A stretch of 64,000 bases of DNA from a virus, in the IMG/VR virus record IMGVR_UViG_3300045988_142085, positions 128,001-192,000 of that record, one strand, 5' to 3'. The position numbers were made by a program, and so were the translations under genes. The first letter of the stretch is position 1; every line of letters starts with the position of its first letter. The notes beneath the pieces are model-generated. The model was not told the DNA's origin. It did not search any database and worked only from the letters and a program-made list of their open reading frames with translations. Positions 48,875 through 60,600 of this stretch are shown one piece after another.

Positions 48875-51800
48875 ATAGCCGTTAATCCTATTCTGTTTAA
48901 TTTAATAGTAGATTTATTATTTAACAATTCAATTTTAAACTGGAATGTATCAGTATCGGTAAACGATACCGGAGTTAGCGTACCAGATCGATATAAATCC
49001 TTCCAAGCAGTAAACTGATTATTTACACCTTGTTTCCGAAGCGATCTTACTTTAATCGATACATCACCGACTATATCGGCATCGATCGTATCTAAGTTAT
49101 AAGTACCTTTTTCAGATACCATAAATAATCGAGAGATAAAATCTCCACCAGCAACCGGTAAAGACTCAATAGCCTGGTCTTCTAATTCATCGTAAATATT
49201 ATACACATCGATAGAACTAATAGAACTATTTGCCGGAATATCGATTTCTAATCTAATATATTGTACTAGTTTATCGTTAGATAAAAGAACAAAGTCTCCA
49301 TTTTCTACAACAGCAATAGTCGCATATTTAGAATAATAATTCTCAGAACCTAATACTCTAATCGTAAATTTATCTTCACTAAGAGTATTTATCTTGGCTG
49401 CCATATATAATATATTTTTAAGGTATTTATACCAATCTTCAGATTTAGCTTTATATTGATTATGGATTAAATCAAAGATTTCTGTCGTAATTGTGCCAGG
49501 CTCATTTAACGTAATTAACTTATTGCCGCGCAATAACACTTTATCTAACTGACAACGTTTTAAGTCGGCTGTCGCTAATAGTGTAGCGTCATAATCGATT
49601 GTCGTACCATATTGAATTACGTCGTTATCATCGACATCAATATTATTATCAGTCATATAATTAAAGGTATCGAAAATGATTTCGTTAGCAACACTATTTT
49701 TCTTTTCAGTTAAATCCCAACTATATTTATCGATATTTTTACTATGAGGTTCTGTTATTAATTTATCAGATAAAACAATTTCTTCGATTGAACCAACTGT
49801 ACCAGTAACGACAATATAATAATAGAAATCTTTATCGACATCAAATTGAAAGAAAGCAAAATCGTCGTTAATAACGAAGTCTCCAATTTTTTCTAAGAGT
49901 GGCTTCTTTTGCAATCTAAATCCATTTAATTTCTTTTCTTTATAAAGACTAATTTTTAGGTTGCCGACTTTTTTAATATAACAATATGACGTAGAGTATG
50001 CATATTTATCGATTCTAAAAATAGCATATCCTTCTTTATCGAATTTAAAATTAATTACATAATTTTTATTTAATTCGATTAATGTAGGATCACAATCTTC
50101 GAATGTCCAATTATTAAATGTATTAGCCGTCGTTAAAGAATGCAACGATGAAATTTCAGAGACTTCTTTTTGTTCTTTAAAGTTGACGTAACAAAGTGGA
50201 TTCAAAACTTTCATGTCCATTAAACTATTCGGAATATAGTTTTGTCTTTCCGTTAACATTTTTACAAGACTACCTTGTTTTTTAGTATTATTTAAATCGA
50301 CATAATGTTCTTTATGATGGTCGACTTCTGTTTCGTATACTGGGAAGTAATATTCCTTACCGGCTTCATAATAATAGCCAGATTTAATAGCAATCTTATT
50401 ATCTAAACTATTACGATATACAGATACAACATTGTTTACGACGACTGCAGTAAAATTAGGATCTAGTGCTTTGGCATATACTTTGTCGATATCGTTATTA
50501 GCGATATTTAGATTTTTAGAATCCCCGTCTTTCACATCTTTAATCGTCATTAAAGTTTCTGTATCGTAAGCGTTAATATTATACTCGACTAATTCATATA
50601 ATTTATCGAGATTGGTAAATACGATTTTAGAAGGATGCTTATAAGTATATGTCGCCTGCAAACTTAATGAATCATAATCGTAAATAGAATTTACTTGAAT
50701 AATACCTGGCGTACCATACAATACATATTCATCATTAGCTAATGCAGTATTAGAAATAGATAATTCAATATTATCAGGAGATACATTAGAATATTTAAAT
50801 TTACCTAACCCATCTTCAGTTAGCTCGATTGTTTCAGTATATCTTTTTTCATTATATACGATAGTAGCATATGAAGGAACAGATAAAATATATTCAGATA
50901 AATTATAATCGATATTGTCGATTTGATATACATCTTGTAAACTCAATTCAGAAGCAAACAACGTTGTCTCTAATTTTTTATTAACAGAGATATTATAATC
51001 TGATTCATTATCGTTCCACATATTAGCGAATATAGAAATTTCTGGCGTAAGGATATTAATATTATTACCTAATAAACACCATTTAGATAATACTTCTTTA
51101 TTCTTATGTTGATATCGAATATATTGTGTCGATTGATTATACCCGTCCGGCAAATTAATTTCGACGAAATAAACTTGTTCTGTCGACAATTTAGGAACAA
51201 AGTTATCTAAAACAATCGGATACTCTTTTTGATTCTGAACAATTGTTTCAGAATGATGTAGCGTATGATTAGAAGAGTTCTTCATCGCTAATAAAATTTT
51301 ATATACTTTGTTTTCTGTCGATGCCTCAGTTGTCTTAATTAAGCCTCGAGCATCGTGAACATAGTTAACTAATAACGTAGTCGGAATCTCCGAGAGAATT
51401 TTATTATATTCAAGTTCAAAGTATGCACCAAGAATATCGACTTCCTTAAATGCCGATTGGTCCATATTTTTATTATAAATAATTACTCGGCCATCATAAG
51501 TAACAAATACAGCATCATTAGATTTATCAAAAGAATAATGGTTAGTTAAAATATTTAATAACGATAATGATTCAATTTGTTTTTCGTAATGATCGAACGT
51601 TAATGTTATATACTTAGTTTCACTATCAACGTTGATATAATCGACATTATGTTTATTTATTTGACCTGTAAGGATAGGGAATTCACTCTTAGATATATTT
51701 TGTTTATCGATGAGTAACGGGAGCCTTCCCGGGCCAATAAATGAATCATAGGTATCATAATTGTCGTCGATAATATTGTTATCTTTATATAATTTTAATA

Positions 51801-53958
51801 TTGTATCTCTCGATTTAATCTTTAAGTTAACTTGACTATTTGGAGGAACCGTAATAGATTTTTCATAGTACTTAAAATTAGCATATTCACCAGCAATAGA
51901 AATATAATTAATTACCGGATTAGAAATACCGAGATAAGAATGAAGAGATAATGTAAGTATCTTATTATCTGGATTATCGGGAATAGAATATGTATTTAAA
52001 GATTTAGATAATGGTTGCCCATTAATCGAGAACACTAAGCCGTTTGCAGTCGCATTAATATATTTAATTTTAAACCCGCGTTGTCCGATTTTAACGATCG
52101 AGATATGTTTTCGTTTCGAGTCTTCAGATTCGAAAGAGAACTTCATATTTTTAGTGTCGGTATTTAATTCTTGAGAAGCTAAAATATTGTTATTGTCGTC
52201 AGTAATTAAAATGCGACAAGAACCTGTGTGTATTTCATTATCTAACTTATCGATTTCAAATTCAAGAGAAGTAATAATCTGATCGATATTAATTTGACCT
52301 TGAACATCGGAATCGATATAAAGATAATTATCGGCTTGATTGTATTTAAAATTATTTAACTTAATTAAGTCAAAACGATTAATGATATTAACAGGAGTAT
52401 CTTTAATAGAATAATTAATCGTTTTAAAACGCATAGCATCTGTTAAAGGAATACTTAAAGTACCAACAGTTGACTTAGAAGTGTCGAGTTTAATACCGTC
52501 TTTAGTATTGATTACGTTAGAAGATGAAGAGAAATCACTAATGCGAGTGCCGTAAAAATAATTATCTAAATAAGATATAGCACCGTTTTCTTTAATAAAG
52601 TAATCATTAGTGAATTCATTATTTAACTGTTCTTGGTTATCGATCTTAAAAGAAGTTAAATAAATATTGCCGCCCTGATGTTTAGGTTGCGCAATAACTT
52701 TATATGTTACATCTTTGTTAGTATCGTTAACTAATAAGCCTTTATTTTTAATCGTAACATTTTTTACGCCGACTTCATAATCGACAAAGTCTTCTAATGG
52801 TAAACGATATTCACCGTTATACGTTTTATATGTTTTAAAATTAATCGTTGCGGGGTCGATTTTAATTGTCGAAGTCGCTTTTAAATTATATTCTACTTGA
52901 ACAGGTTTAAGTTTTAAATCATATTTTTTTAGACCGATACCAATATTAACATTCTTATTGCTATTTAATAAGTATTGACTAATTTTCTGATTAGATTTTT
53001 TATAGCCGATAATTGATACATCGGTAGTGTCGGAAGAACTAATTAAATTAGATGTCGTAACTTTTAAGCTGTCATAATAGCCGACGCCATCTAAATAATA
53101 TTCGACAGGTTGATCCCAGATATGAGGAAGATAATCGAGTTTTTTAAATTCATTTTCCCAAAATGTAATATCCCAGATCTTTTCTCTTGCTATATCTTTA
53201 TTTAGTTTAGCAATATAATCGTAAACTTTCTGATCTTTAATTACTTCTTGGATATTAATATTATTTAATTTATCGATTTTAATATCTTTAAAAGCAATAC
53301 CGGCATAAGCCGATAATAAATTTTTAATTAGATATTTTAAACCAAATTCAGTCGAATTAAATCTATGCTTATACGTATTAAGAATATTAGGATCGTCAAA
53401 TAAGATATTATTATTTTTATTATTCTTAGTTCTTAATGCGTCGTATGTTCTATTAGATAAACTTAAATTAGACTCATTAGGAAGTCGATCGATCCCGGCA
53501 AACCATGCGAACTCATCGAAGATATTCCAGACAGGTTCTTGTTTTAAATTAACTGTATAATGGAACTTGTTAATAGCATATCCGATCGGAGTACCATCTA
53601 CTTCACCGAGTTTAAAGTAAAGATTGCCATTTTCATAATAAGCATACTTTTTATTTTTATAGAACTCGTTTAAGTTTTCTGTAATAGTAAATTCATTATC
53701 TAACTTTAAATTATCTTCAAGTTTGCCAATGTTTGCTACATAGATTTGAGAGATGATAGAATCTTCTCTCCCAGCATAATTAACTAAAAAGAAATCTTTA
53801 GTATAATCATCGACCTCTTTATAGATAGAGGTCATTTCTTCGATTACAGCTCTAAGTAGATGTCCGGATGTAGACTTGTATGGTCGGCGTCTAATTTGCA
53901 TCCACTTTGGAAAATACTGCAAAGCTCTTGCAAAATTTTTATTAGTAATTGCATCCAT
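48871..53958 (-). CDS. Giant baseplate wedge/fibre-network protein (1695 aa)
   Basis: Long ORF immediately downstream of the gp25-like and J-like baseplate genes, analogous in position to large wedge proteins of myoviruses. Confidence 0.45.
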   Translation of the reverse strand: MDAITNKNFARALQYFPKWMQIRRRPYKSTSGHLLRAVIEEMTSIYKEVDDYTKDFFLVNYAGREDSIISQIYVANIGKLEDNLKLDNEFTITENLNEFYKNKKYAYYENGNLYFKLGEVDGTPIGYAINKFHYTVNLKQEPVWNIFDEFAWFAGIDRLPNESNLSLSNRTYDALRTKNNKNNNILFDDPNILNTYKHRFNSTEFGLKYLIKNLLSAYAGIAFKDIKIDKLNNINIQEVIKDQKVYDYIAKLNKDIAREKIWDITFWENEFKKLDYLPHIWDQPVEYYLDGVGYYDSLKVTTSNLISSSDTTDVSIIGYKKSNQKISQYLLNSNKNVNIGIGLKKYDLKLKPVQVEYNLKATSTIKIDPATINFKTYKTYNGEYRLPLEDFVDYEVGVKNVTIKNKGLLVNDTNKDVTYKVIAQPKHQGGNIYLTSFKIDNQEQLNNEFTNDYFIKENGAISYLDNYFYGTRISDFSSSSNVINTKDGIKLDTSKSTVGTLSIPLTDAMRFKTINYSIKDTPVNIINRFDLIKLNNFKYNQADNYLYIDSDVQGQINIDQIITSLEFEIDKLDNEIHTGSCRILITDDNNNILASQELNTDTKNMKFSFESEDSKRKHISIVKIGQRGFKIKYINATANGLVFSINGQPLSKSLNTYSIPDNPDNKILTLSLHSYLGISNPVINYISIAGEYANFKYYEKSITVPPNSQVNLKIKSRDTILKLYKDNNIIDDNYDTYDSFIGPGRLPLLIDKQNISKSEFPILTGQINKHNVDYINVDSETKYITLTFDHYEKQIESLSLLNILTNHYSFDKSNDAVFVTYDGRVIIYNKNMDQSAFKEVDILGAYFELEYNKILSEIPTTLLVNYVHDARGLIKTTEASTENKVYKILLAMKNSSNHTLHHSETIVQNQKEYPIVLDNFVPKLSTEQVYFVEINLPDGYNQSTQYIRYQHKNKEVLSKWCLLGNNINILTPEISIFANMWNDNESDYNISVNKKLETTLFASELSLQDVYQIDNIDYNLSEYILSVPSYATIVYNEKRYTETIELTEDGLGKFKYSNVSPDNIELSISNTALANDEYVLYGTPGIIQVNSIYDYDSLSLQATYTYKHPSKIVFTNLDKLYELVEYNINAYDTETLMTIKDVKDGDSKNLNIANNDIDKVYAKALDPNFTAVVVNNVVSVYRNSLDNKIAIKSGYYYEAGKEYYFPVYETEVDHHKEHYVDLNNTKKQGSLVKMLTERQNYIPNSLMDMKVLNPLCYVNFKEQKEVSEISSLHSLTTANTFNNWTFEDCDPTLIELNKNYVINFKFDKEGYAIFRIDKYAYSTSYCYIKKVGNLKISLYKEKKLNGFRLQKKPLLEKIGDFVINDDFAFFQFDVDKDFYYYIVVTGTVGSIEEIVLSDKLITEPHSKNIDKYSWDLTEKKNSVANEIIFDTFNYMTDNNIDVDDNDVIQYGTTIDYDATLLATADLKRCQLDKVLLRGNKLITLNEPGTITTEIFDLIHNQYKAKSEDWYKYLKNILYMAAKINTLSEDKFTIRVLGSENYYSKYATIAVVENGDFVLLSNDKLVQYIRLEIDIPANSSISSIDVYNIYDELEDQAIESLPVAGGDFISRLFMVSEKGTYNLDTIDADIVGDVSIKVRSLRKQGVNNQFTAWKDLYRSGTLTPVSFTDTDTFQFKIELLNNKSTIKLNRIGLTAI

Positions 53959-53961
53959 TCA

Positions 53962-54753
53962 TTAAACCTCTATCCACTGAATTGTATCGAGAATCATTTT
54001 GGATTTAATATCCTGTAATGATTTTAATGCCGTTATAGATACACCGTCGACAAATAATCCTGTAACATTAAAATAACTTACACCAGTTTCATTAATGCCC
54101 ATCTTATTAATAACTCCGATATCAAGATAAGAATCAGGAGGAATAGCATTAATATATTCTGCAATACGTTGTTCTAAATTCTTTTTAATGTCGGCTAAGT
54201 TAGAATTATCGTTAGATAAAGTAATAGATAATGTAACAGCTTTTAATGCCGGTGTCACATACTCTATATATAATGATGGACTTGTGACATTCTTTAAACG
54301 GTCTTTTGCTTCGTTTAGCGCCGCTTCAATCTTTTCGATAGTATATTCTTTAGGAATAACGTAACAAATAGCTGTACCTGTACCATACACCATCGGCACA
54401 TATGTTACGTTAGATGCATTTTGTAAATCTAATAACGCAGCATCGATTGCAATCGTATTAGATTTTTCATTAATTAAAGACCAATTAATTAATCGATATA
54501 ATAAGTTCTGATCACTTTCGCCTTCGCGACGAGTGAATCCACAGAATTTAACCATATCATCTAAATTGGAGCCTCTTAAATTTGTGTATATATGAGGATT
54601 TTTATTGGACTCAATATACAAATATGCTTCTTCCATTTCTTTGGAATTAGCTAACATAAATAAATCGACAACAGAACCACGCTCAACAGTATCGTTAGTC
54701 AGTTTCTGAAAAATATTTTTAATCGATTCATGAATTTGTGTAAATGTCTTCAT
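53962..54753 (-). CDS. Baseplate protein (possible gpJ/gp6-like wedge component)
   Basis: 263-aa ORF directly downstream of, and overlapping by 4 nt, the gp25-like gene. Call is positional. Confidence 0.35.
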   Translation of the reverse strand: MKTFTQIHESIKNIFQKLTNDTVERGSVVDLFMLANSKEMEEAYLYIESNKNPHIYTNLRGSNLDDMVKFCGFTRREGESDQNLLYRLINWSLINEKSNTIAIDAALLDLQNASNVTYVPMVYGTGTAICYVIPKEYTIEKIEAALNEAKDRLKNVTSPSLYIEYVTPALKAVTLSITLSNDNSNLADIKKNLEQRIAEYINAIPPDSYLDIGVINKMGINETGVSYFNVTGLFVDGVSITALKSLQDIKSKMILDTIQWIEV

Positions 54754-55289
54754 ATAACGAATCCTTTTAAAACCTTTCCAGTTCGTTTATTAATAATCTT
54801 AATATGAATATTATGCCATGCCATAATCTGATGATCATCGACATTAGGTGTAACAAATACATCGTATAATGAAGTGTCGACAATACTGTCGACGATTTCT
54901 TTTATCGCATGTAAATTTGCCTTATCGAATTTATCTTCATGACGATATTCAACGAGTCTAGATCCATAATCAGAATAAGGTTGAACTTCGCCTAATTCAG
55001 TTTTTAATCGTAACATGATTTGTTGAACTTCATAATCTTCGTTATCTTTGCATACGTCGACAGAAGATAATTTTTTATTTAAATAATCATCCTCTTTAGG
55101 CTTCACTTTAAATTTAATACTTAAAGCATTTGTCTTATGCTTTGGTCGAGTAACTGATTCAACGAAAAATTGAATTTTTAACTTGTTTGTTTTTTGACCG
55201 ATATTAAATTGAATAGCTAATGAATTAGATCGTCGACTTGGACCTAATATGATATCATCTTTATTTGTGTCTAATAAGAAATCGATCAT
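54750..55289 (-). CDS. Baseplate wedge protein, gp25/GPW-like
   Basis: Segment QQIMLRLKTELGEVQPYSDYGSRLVEYRHED fits the GPW/gp25 signature (..L.T..GER...P.FGs.l..l.fe..). Confidence 0.45.
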   Translation of the reverse strand: MIDFLLDTNKDDIILGPSRRSNSLAIQFNIGQKTNKLKIQFFVESVTRPKHKTNALSIKFKVKPKEDDYLNKKLSSVDVCKDNEDYEVQQIMLRLKTELGEVQPYSDYGSRLVEYRHEDKFDKANLHAIKEIVDSIVDTSLYDVFVTPNVDDHQIMAWHNIHIKIINKRTGKVLKGFVI

Positions 55290-55298
55290 TTGTTATCC

Positions 55299-56294
55299 TT
55301 AAATTTTAAATTTACCAAGTGCTGATTTAGCAATCTTACCAACCTGTTTACCGATAGCACCTAAAGCTTTTGTCGCTAATTTAGTAACTTGTTCTGTCGC
55401 CCATGTCTTAGCGCGATCTAAAGCTTTTCTAGCAATCTCATTATACTTAACTAAATACTTATTAACACGTTCTACTTGTTTGCTAACATAATCGATTTTA
55501 GATAATTGCAAATTCATATTAACGACTTTTGCAAATCCACTAATCTGTGTGGTATCTAATTTAGATACAGCCGCATTTAATTTATCTTCCAAGGCTATTG
55601 CTTTATCTAAATATGTTTTACTCGTTTTATTAGCAATATCGAGATACTGAGTAGCTTTTGTATATAAATTATCTATTTGTTTTCCACTTTGCTGTTGTGC
55701 AATTAATAGATATTTCTTTTTAGCGTAGTCGACTTCTTGATCGAGTTGTTTATTAATATTAGTCGACAATTCTTTAACGAGAGTATTTGCTAACTCTGGA
55801 TTCGTATTTTTAATATGTTTATACGTTTTAATAATTGCTATAATTTGTGAACGCTTTTCACCGATTGCGGCCGGAACAGCTTGTAGGCTATCGACATGTA
55901 AAGTATCGTAAATACGTTGAGTAATTTGTTTATCTAAAAATTTGTCTAAAGCTAAATAAGCTAAATCTCTTTTATCGACATATTTAAGAATATCTTGCGC
56001 ATTGACATCCTTAGATATTTCAGGAATATTTTTAATATCCTTAAGCACTGCCTGTGCTGCCTTAAAATCTTTTTTGCTTAATGCTTCAGATAATTTAGAT
56101 TGCGTATCTTTAAGTTTCTTACGAATTGTATCGTCGATCTTTATATTTTTATCCTTGAGCAAAGTATTGATTTTATTGTTGGCGCCATTAAAATCTTCCT
56201 TTGTCGGGTTCTTTTTATAAATTTCATGATACTCTTTCGATACTTTTTGCTTAGTTTCTTCGCTAATCTTTCCTAGTATCTGATTGTAGTTCAT
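55299..56294 (-). CDS. Lys-rich coiled-coil tail assembly/structural protein
   Basis: 331-aa ORF, highly charged K/E/D-rich helical sequence. Confidence 0.4.
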   Translation of the reverse strand: MNYNQILGKISEETKQKVSKEYHEIYKKNPTKEDFNGANNKINTLLKDKNIKIDDTIRKKLKDTQSKLSEALSKKDFKAAQAVLKDIKNIPEISKDVNAQDILKYVDKRDLAYLALDKFLDKQITQRIYDTLHVDSLQAVPAAIGEKRSQIIAIIKTYKHIKNTNPELANTLVKELSTNINKQLDQEVDYAKKKYLLIAQQQSGKQIDNLYTKATQYLDIANKTSKTYLDKAIALEDKLNAAVSKLDTTQISGFAKVVNMNLQLSKIDYVSKQVERVNKYLVKYNEIARKALDRAKTWATEQVTKLATKALGAIGKQVGKIAKSALGKFKI

Positions 56295-56321
56295 ATTTAT
56301 TTTTCCTGTAAAAAAATTAAA

Positions 56322-56353
56322 TCTAGTACCGGTATTATTACCAGTACTAGATT
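56322..56353 (-). terminator. Possible rho-independent terminator/attenuator
   Basis: 10-bp inverted repeat (one mismatch) CUAGUACUGG-UAAUAAUA-CCGGUACUAG followed by AUUUAAUUUUUUU on the minus strand. Coordinates +/-2 nt. Confidence 0.4.
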
Positions 56354-56363
56354 TATATTACAA

Positions 56364-57293
56364 TTACTGCTTTTTGTTAGCATAATAATTTGTTGCTGCT
56401 TTTAACAATAAATCATATGCTTGAGTAGCTTGTTCTATTGAGTTTTTAGCACTAGCATCACCTTTAGAAACTTGTTCATTAAAACCTTTAATAACGTTTT
56501 CTTTTTTGGTATCTAATGCTTTTTTAAAATCATCTATAGTCTGATAATCAGAAACTTTTAAATCATAAATATTTGATTCTAAGACTTTCTGTTCAGCAGG
56601 ATTTGCTTTAGCTAATGCTTCCTTCGCAGATTTTTCTGTGATAGGAGAATCACCGGCAAGCATTGCTGCCGTAAACGGAGCAAAATCTGTTACGAGTTTA
56701 GTCGGATCTTTTAGTTTTAATCCTTCTGCAATTTCGACAGTCGTTGTCGTTTTACCGAATAACGGCAAATAAATATCGCGGCGGATTAAAACATAACGAG
56801 CTAAATTAGGTTCCCATGATTTAACGAGAACAGTTCCTTTAACCATAAGATCACCAATGATGGAACCTTCTTGATCAGGGAGTTCTCGGAAGTCGGCAAG
56901 TTCAAAAATTCTATTATTTAATTTATGACCGTTAATAATTAACTCATCACAATCTAAATGAATTCGGTTTGCTTTAATTCTATGTGTTTGAGATATAGAA
57001 CTAATACTTCCCGAATCCAGGGACAACTTTGTATCGTTACCGATAGATAAGCCAATAGATTTACCCATCTTAATAACGATACTTGCTAAGAATCTTTTAA
57101 TCGACCAATCTTTAATCCGATGTGGATGCTTAGAAGATTCTTCCATTTCTGTAGCATTAATTTTTAAATCTTGATATACTTTCTGATTATCTATCGCAGA
57201 ACCGTCATCCGGAGTATCTTTAATTGCTTCAGATACTGCTTTATCGGTTTTAGCGATATCGACATTCTTAGACGTTTGATTGATTTCTGGCAT
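56364..57293 (-). CDS. Hypothetical baseplate hub-associated protein
   Basis: 309-aa ORF between the gpV-like and Lys-rich genes. Confidence 0.4.
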   Translation of the reverse strand: MPEINQTSKNVDIAKTDKAVSEAIKDTPDDGSAIDNQKVYQDLKINATEMEESSKHPHRIKDWSIKRFLASIVIKMGKSIGLSIGNDTKLSLDSGSISSISQTHRIKANRIHLDCDELIINGHKLNNRIFELADFRELPDQEGSIIGDLMVKGTVLVKSWEPNLARYVLIRRDIYLPLFGKTTTTVEIAEGLKLKDPTKLVTDFAPFTAAMLAGDSPITEKSAKEALAKANPAEQKVLESNIYDLKVSDYQTIDDFKKALDTKKENVIKGFNEQVSKGDASAKNSIEQATQAYDLLLKAATNYYANKKQ

Positions 57294-57659
57294 TTAATAC
57301 ACTGAGCCTCCATTATCTTGACCATTTTCATCTGGGAAGATATCGCTCTTTAGTTCGCTTTCTTGGTATATTTCAGAACCGTAATCTGCAATCCAGCGAC
57401 CAGTAACAAGAGGACGATCCCCGTATGCTTCAATTATAACATAATCTCCGCCTTTTGGGAACCAATCATCAGGTGAATTTGTTTGTACTGGCATAGCAGG
57501 CTCAGTTATTGTTTCGCCATTTTGTGAAGTATACGTTACTGTACAAGTGCAAGTTTTAGGGTCAGATCCTAAGACTGACCCTTTCAACTTTGCAAACCCG
57601 TCATTACGGATCTGTTGTCCAGCATATGTATCTTTAAATTTATTCTGTATTACTGACAT
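57294..57659 (-). CDS. Baseplate spike protein, gpV-like (OB-fold)
   Basis: Motif GDYVIIEAYGDRPLVTGRW resembles the Phage_base_V signature (GD.V.v.f..GD...pvvlG). Immediately follows the tape-measure-like gene. Confidence 0.45.
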   Translation of the reverse strand: MSVIQNKFKDTYAGQQIRNDGFAKLKGSVLGSDPKTCTCTVTYTSQNGETITEPAMPVQTNSPDDWFPKGGDYVIIEAYGDRPLVTGRWIADYGSEIYQESELKSDIFPDENGQDNGGSVY

Positions 57660-60600
57660 TATGCACCGAGCTTAGGGATATTAACATTAACTTGATATAC
57701 CTTACCATCGTCATTATCGTATACTTGATAAGTTAACTCATCTTTTTCTTTTAATGTATCCATAATAACTTTAAGATTATCTTTAGATTCACCATGAGCA
57801 ATTAATGTAAAACCAAAACCGGATCCAGGGAATATTTTTTTGGTACCGAACAAATAACAACTTGTTAACGTTATATAATCATTCGATACTTTATTGATAT
57901 ATGTATTTTGGTCGGTCGTAGTCTTATAAGATAACATTTGTTCTGCTTGGAAAATAATCTTACGAAGAGTATTTAAAGCAAATGGATGTAACAATGGAGC
58001 ATCGACGATTTCATTGCCGTCGCCGTCTTTACCTTTAATGCCGATAACCTTAACAGGTTTACCGCCTTGGTTTACAGAGAATTCGACTGTATTCTTAGAC
58101 TCTTCATTATTTAACGCTTTTTCATGGCGTACAACGAAGAATTTAAATTGTTTAAAGATATCGAATTCAGGACCAGGAACAGGAACTAAAGGATCGAGAA
58201 TAGATGTATTATCTTTCTGAACATCTTCGATATTATGCATGAATTGTTCAGCTCTCATCTTAATCTCTTGTTTATCCTTATCGTTCTCTTCGTTATTACG
58301 CATTAACAATTGTTCGACAGAACGAATGCTGCCACGTTGTAATAAGCCATCGACATAGTTTTGATTTACGAGGTACTCATAATCGCCACCCATATTGTTA
58401 GCATACATGTTGCCGTCAGCATTTAATTGATAGCGCTGAAGAGCGTCGGCAGGACCGCCACCCATCGAAGCATTTAATATAAAGCTTAATGAACCAGCGA
58501 TAGGATGATATCCTTCTTGATCTTGGAAACGATGGTTAAATACAGAGTCCATAAGATCTAATACTTGACCACGTTTCCCCCAGTTAGGGCTCATAAAGAT
58601 TGTACCACTATTACCTGCCCATGCTGGTATAAATGGCATACCGCGTTTAAGTAAAGGAGTAACACTTAATGTTTTGTAATTCTGAATAAAATCAGAAATC
58701 ATGTCGCCCCATCTACCTAAAGTATAGGCGGCAGCGACCATTAATACGTTACCACCGATTTTGCTGCCAAAATTTAACGCAGAAGATAAATATCGACCGA
58801 TCGTAGAGCCAGCAATTTTATTAAACAAAGCACCAGCTTTGCTCTTCATCAAGATATCTTTAGACGTAGCATCGATTATCTTTTTACTTATTTCAGGTTT
58901 AGCTTTTAATGCGGCAAGAGTTTCTTGACCTTTTTTAGTATTATTTATACTTTGAACATCTTTAATTAGACTTTGAGTTTCTTTACTATAAGCTTTTAAT
59001 TTATCTATTCGTTTTTTATATTCTTTATTAAATGCTTCTTCAGCCTGTTGCTTATATAAACTTTCTAAGTTAGCTTTTCCACCACGGTCAAATTTATCCA
59101 AATCTTCGACGTTAGCAAGTTCTTCAATTTTTTTCTTTACAAAGTTATCTTTATTGACTTTAAAAACATCTGCTTCATTACTTAACTTTGTAAATTCTGG
59201 CATTCTAAGATTAAAAACTTTTTTAGAAATTTCTAAATTAGCTTTTTCGAAATTAGAGCTAGCTTCTGACCAAGCATTTAATACTTTAGAGATTCCTTCT
59301 CTTCCTTGAAGCTCATATTTACTTAGCGCTAGCGAAGATTTAATAGGATCATATTTTGCTAAACGAGTTTCGACAGCTAAAAGTTTAGCTTCTAGTTCTG
59401 CAATTTTTGCTTCGTCTTTCGCTTCTTTCGCAGCATCCAATGCAGTCTTAATACCTGCTTCTCTTGTTTTTATTTTTTTATAAAAACTTTCTAATGCATT
59501 TTGGCGTTTCTTTATTCTATTTAAATCATTTGAAACTTTTTCTGCATATTCTGCCGCAGCCCAGCCTTTTGCTCGAGCAAATAAGCCCCAACCATCATCG
59601 ATAATGGCACGAACAATATAAGCTCGTTGTAAATTATAAACACCGAGAGCATATATTGCGATACGCATTAATGTAGACGTAATAGCCATATTAACAGCTT
59701 GAGTCGTCTTATCATTAAGCACATCGACAATCGCATCTGGAGTAATTGTCGTAACAAAACCTGTCGTAGCCGATAGTGTATGAACGACTTCTCGAACTCT
59801 CGCTTGACCTGTCATGCTATTAGGCTCATCGAAAATAGAAATTCGGTCATGAGGTTTTACAGTAGGATCACCATAAACTACAAGATTGCCAGAATAAATT
59901 TGTTCGACAGATTTCTTTAATCGAGATAACGTCATTAATCGAGCAGTTTGTGCATGATTATGTTCAGGACCACCATAGTTATCTGGAGCAAAATTAGATA
60001 TTGCCCAAGAAGCAACGTTCTTTAAGCCTAGCTCTATACCTGTGCCAATAGCTCCACCAATGAGAGAACCAGCACCGGCTCCGACTGAACCACCTCTGGA
60101 TCCAATTGCACCACCGACAACCGAAGTAAATGCACCTGTAACTGTCGCATAGCTATCTAAAGAGCCGATTTCACTATCGATTCCGAATGTATTTTCAGAA
60201 GAAGTATGAACTTGAGTTCTACCATGTAACCATGTATCGACTACCATAGAACGTTGATACTCAGGATAAATATCACGATCGAAATAAATATCGGGAGTCG
60301 ATTTTTTAACTTCTTCAAACTGATACATACCTTTAGCTACTGTAGCTACTTTATTAGAATTAGTTTGAATTTGGTTAGATAAAATATCGTGGTCTGACCA
60401 ATACATATGGAATTGAGAATAAGGTTTTCGTTTTTCAAGAACATTTAATTGCTTGTTGTTCTTAATATATTTATAAGCATAATACCAATTAGGTAAGCCC
60501 ATAAATACAGTACTTCTAAATCCGAAGTAATCAGTTGCGCCAATATAAGATGGATTTGCACTTGCTGCAAATTGCAACATATCCCACACTGTTCGGCCTT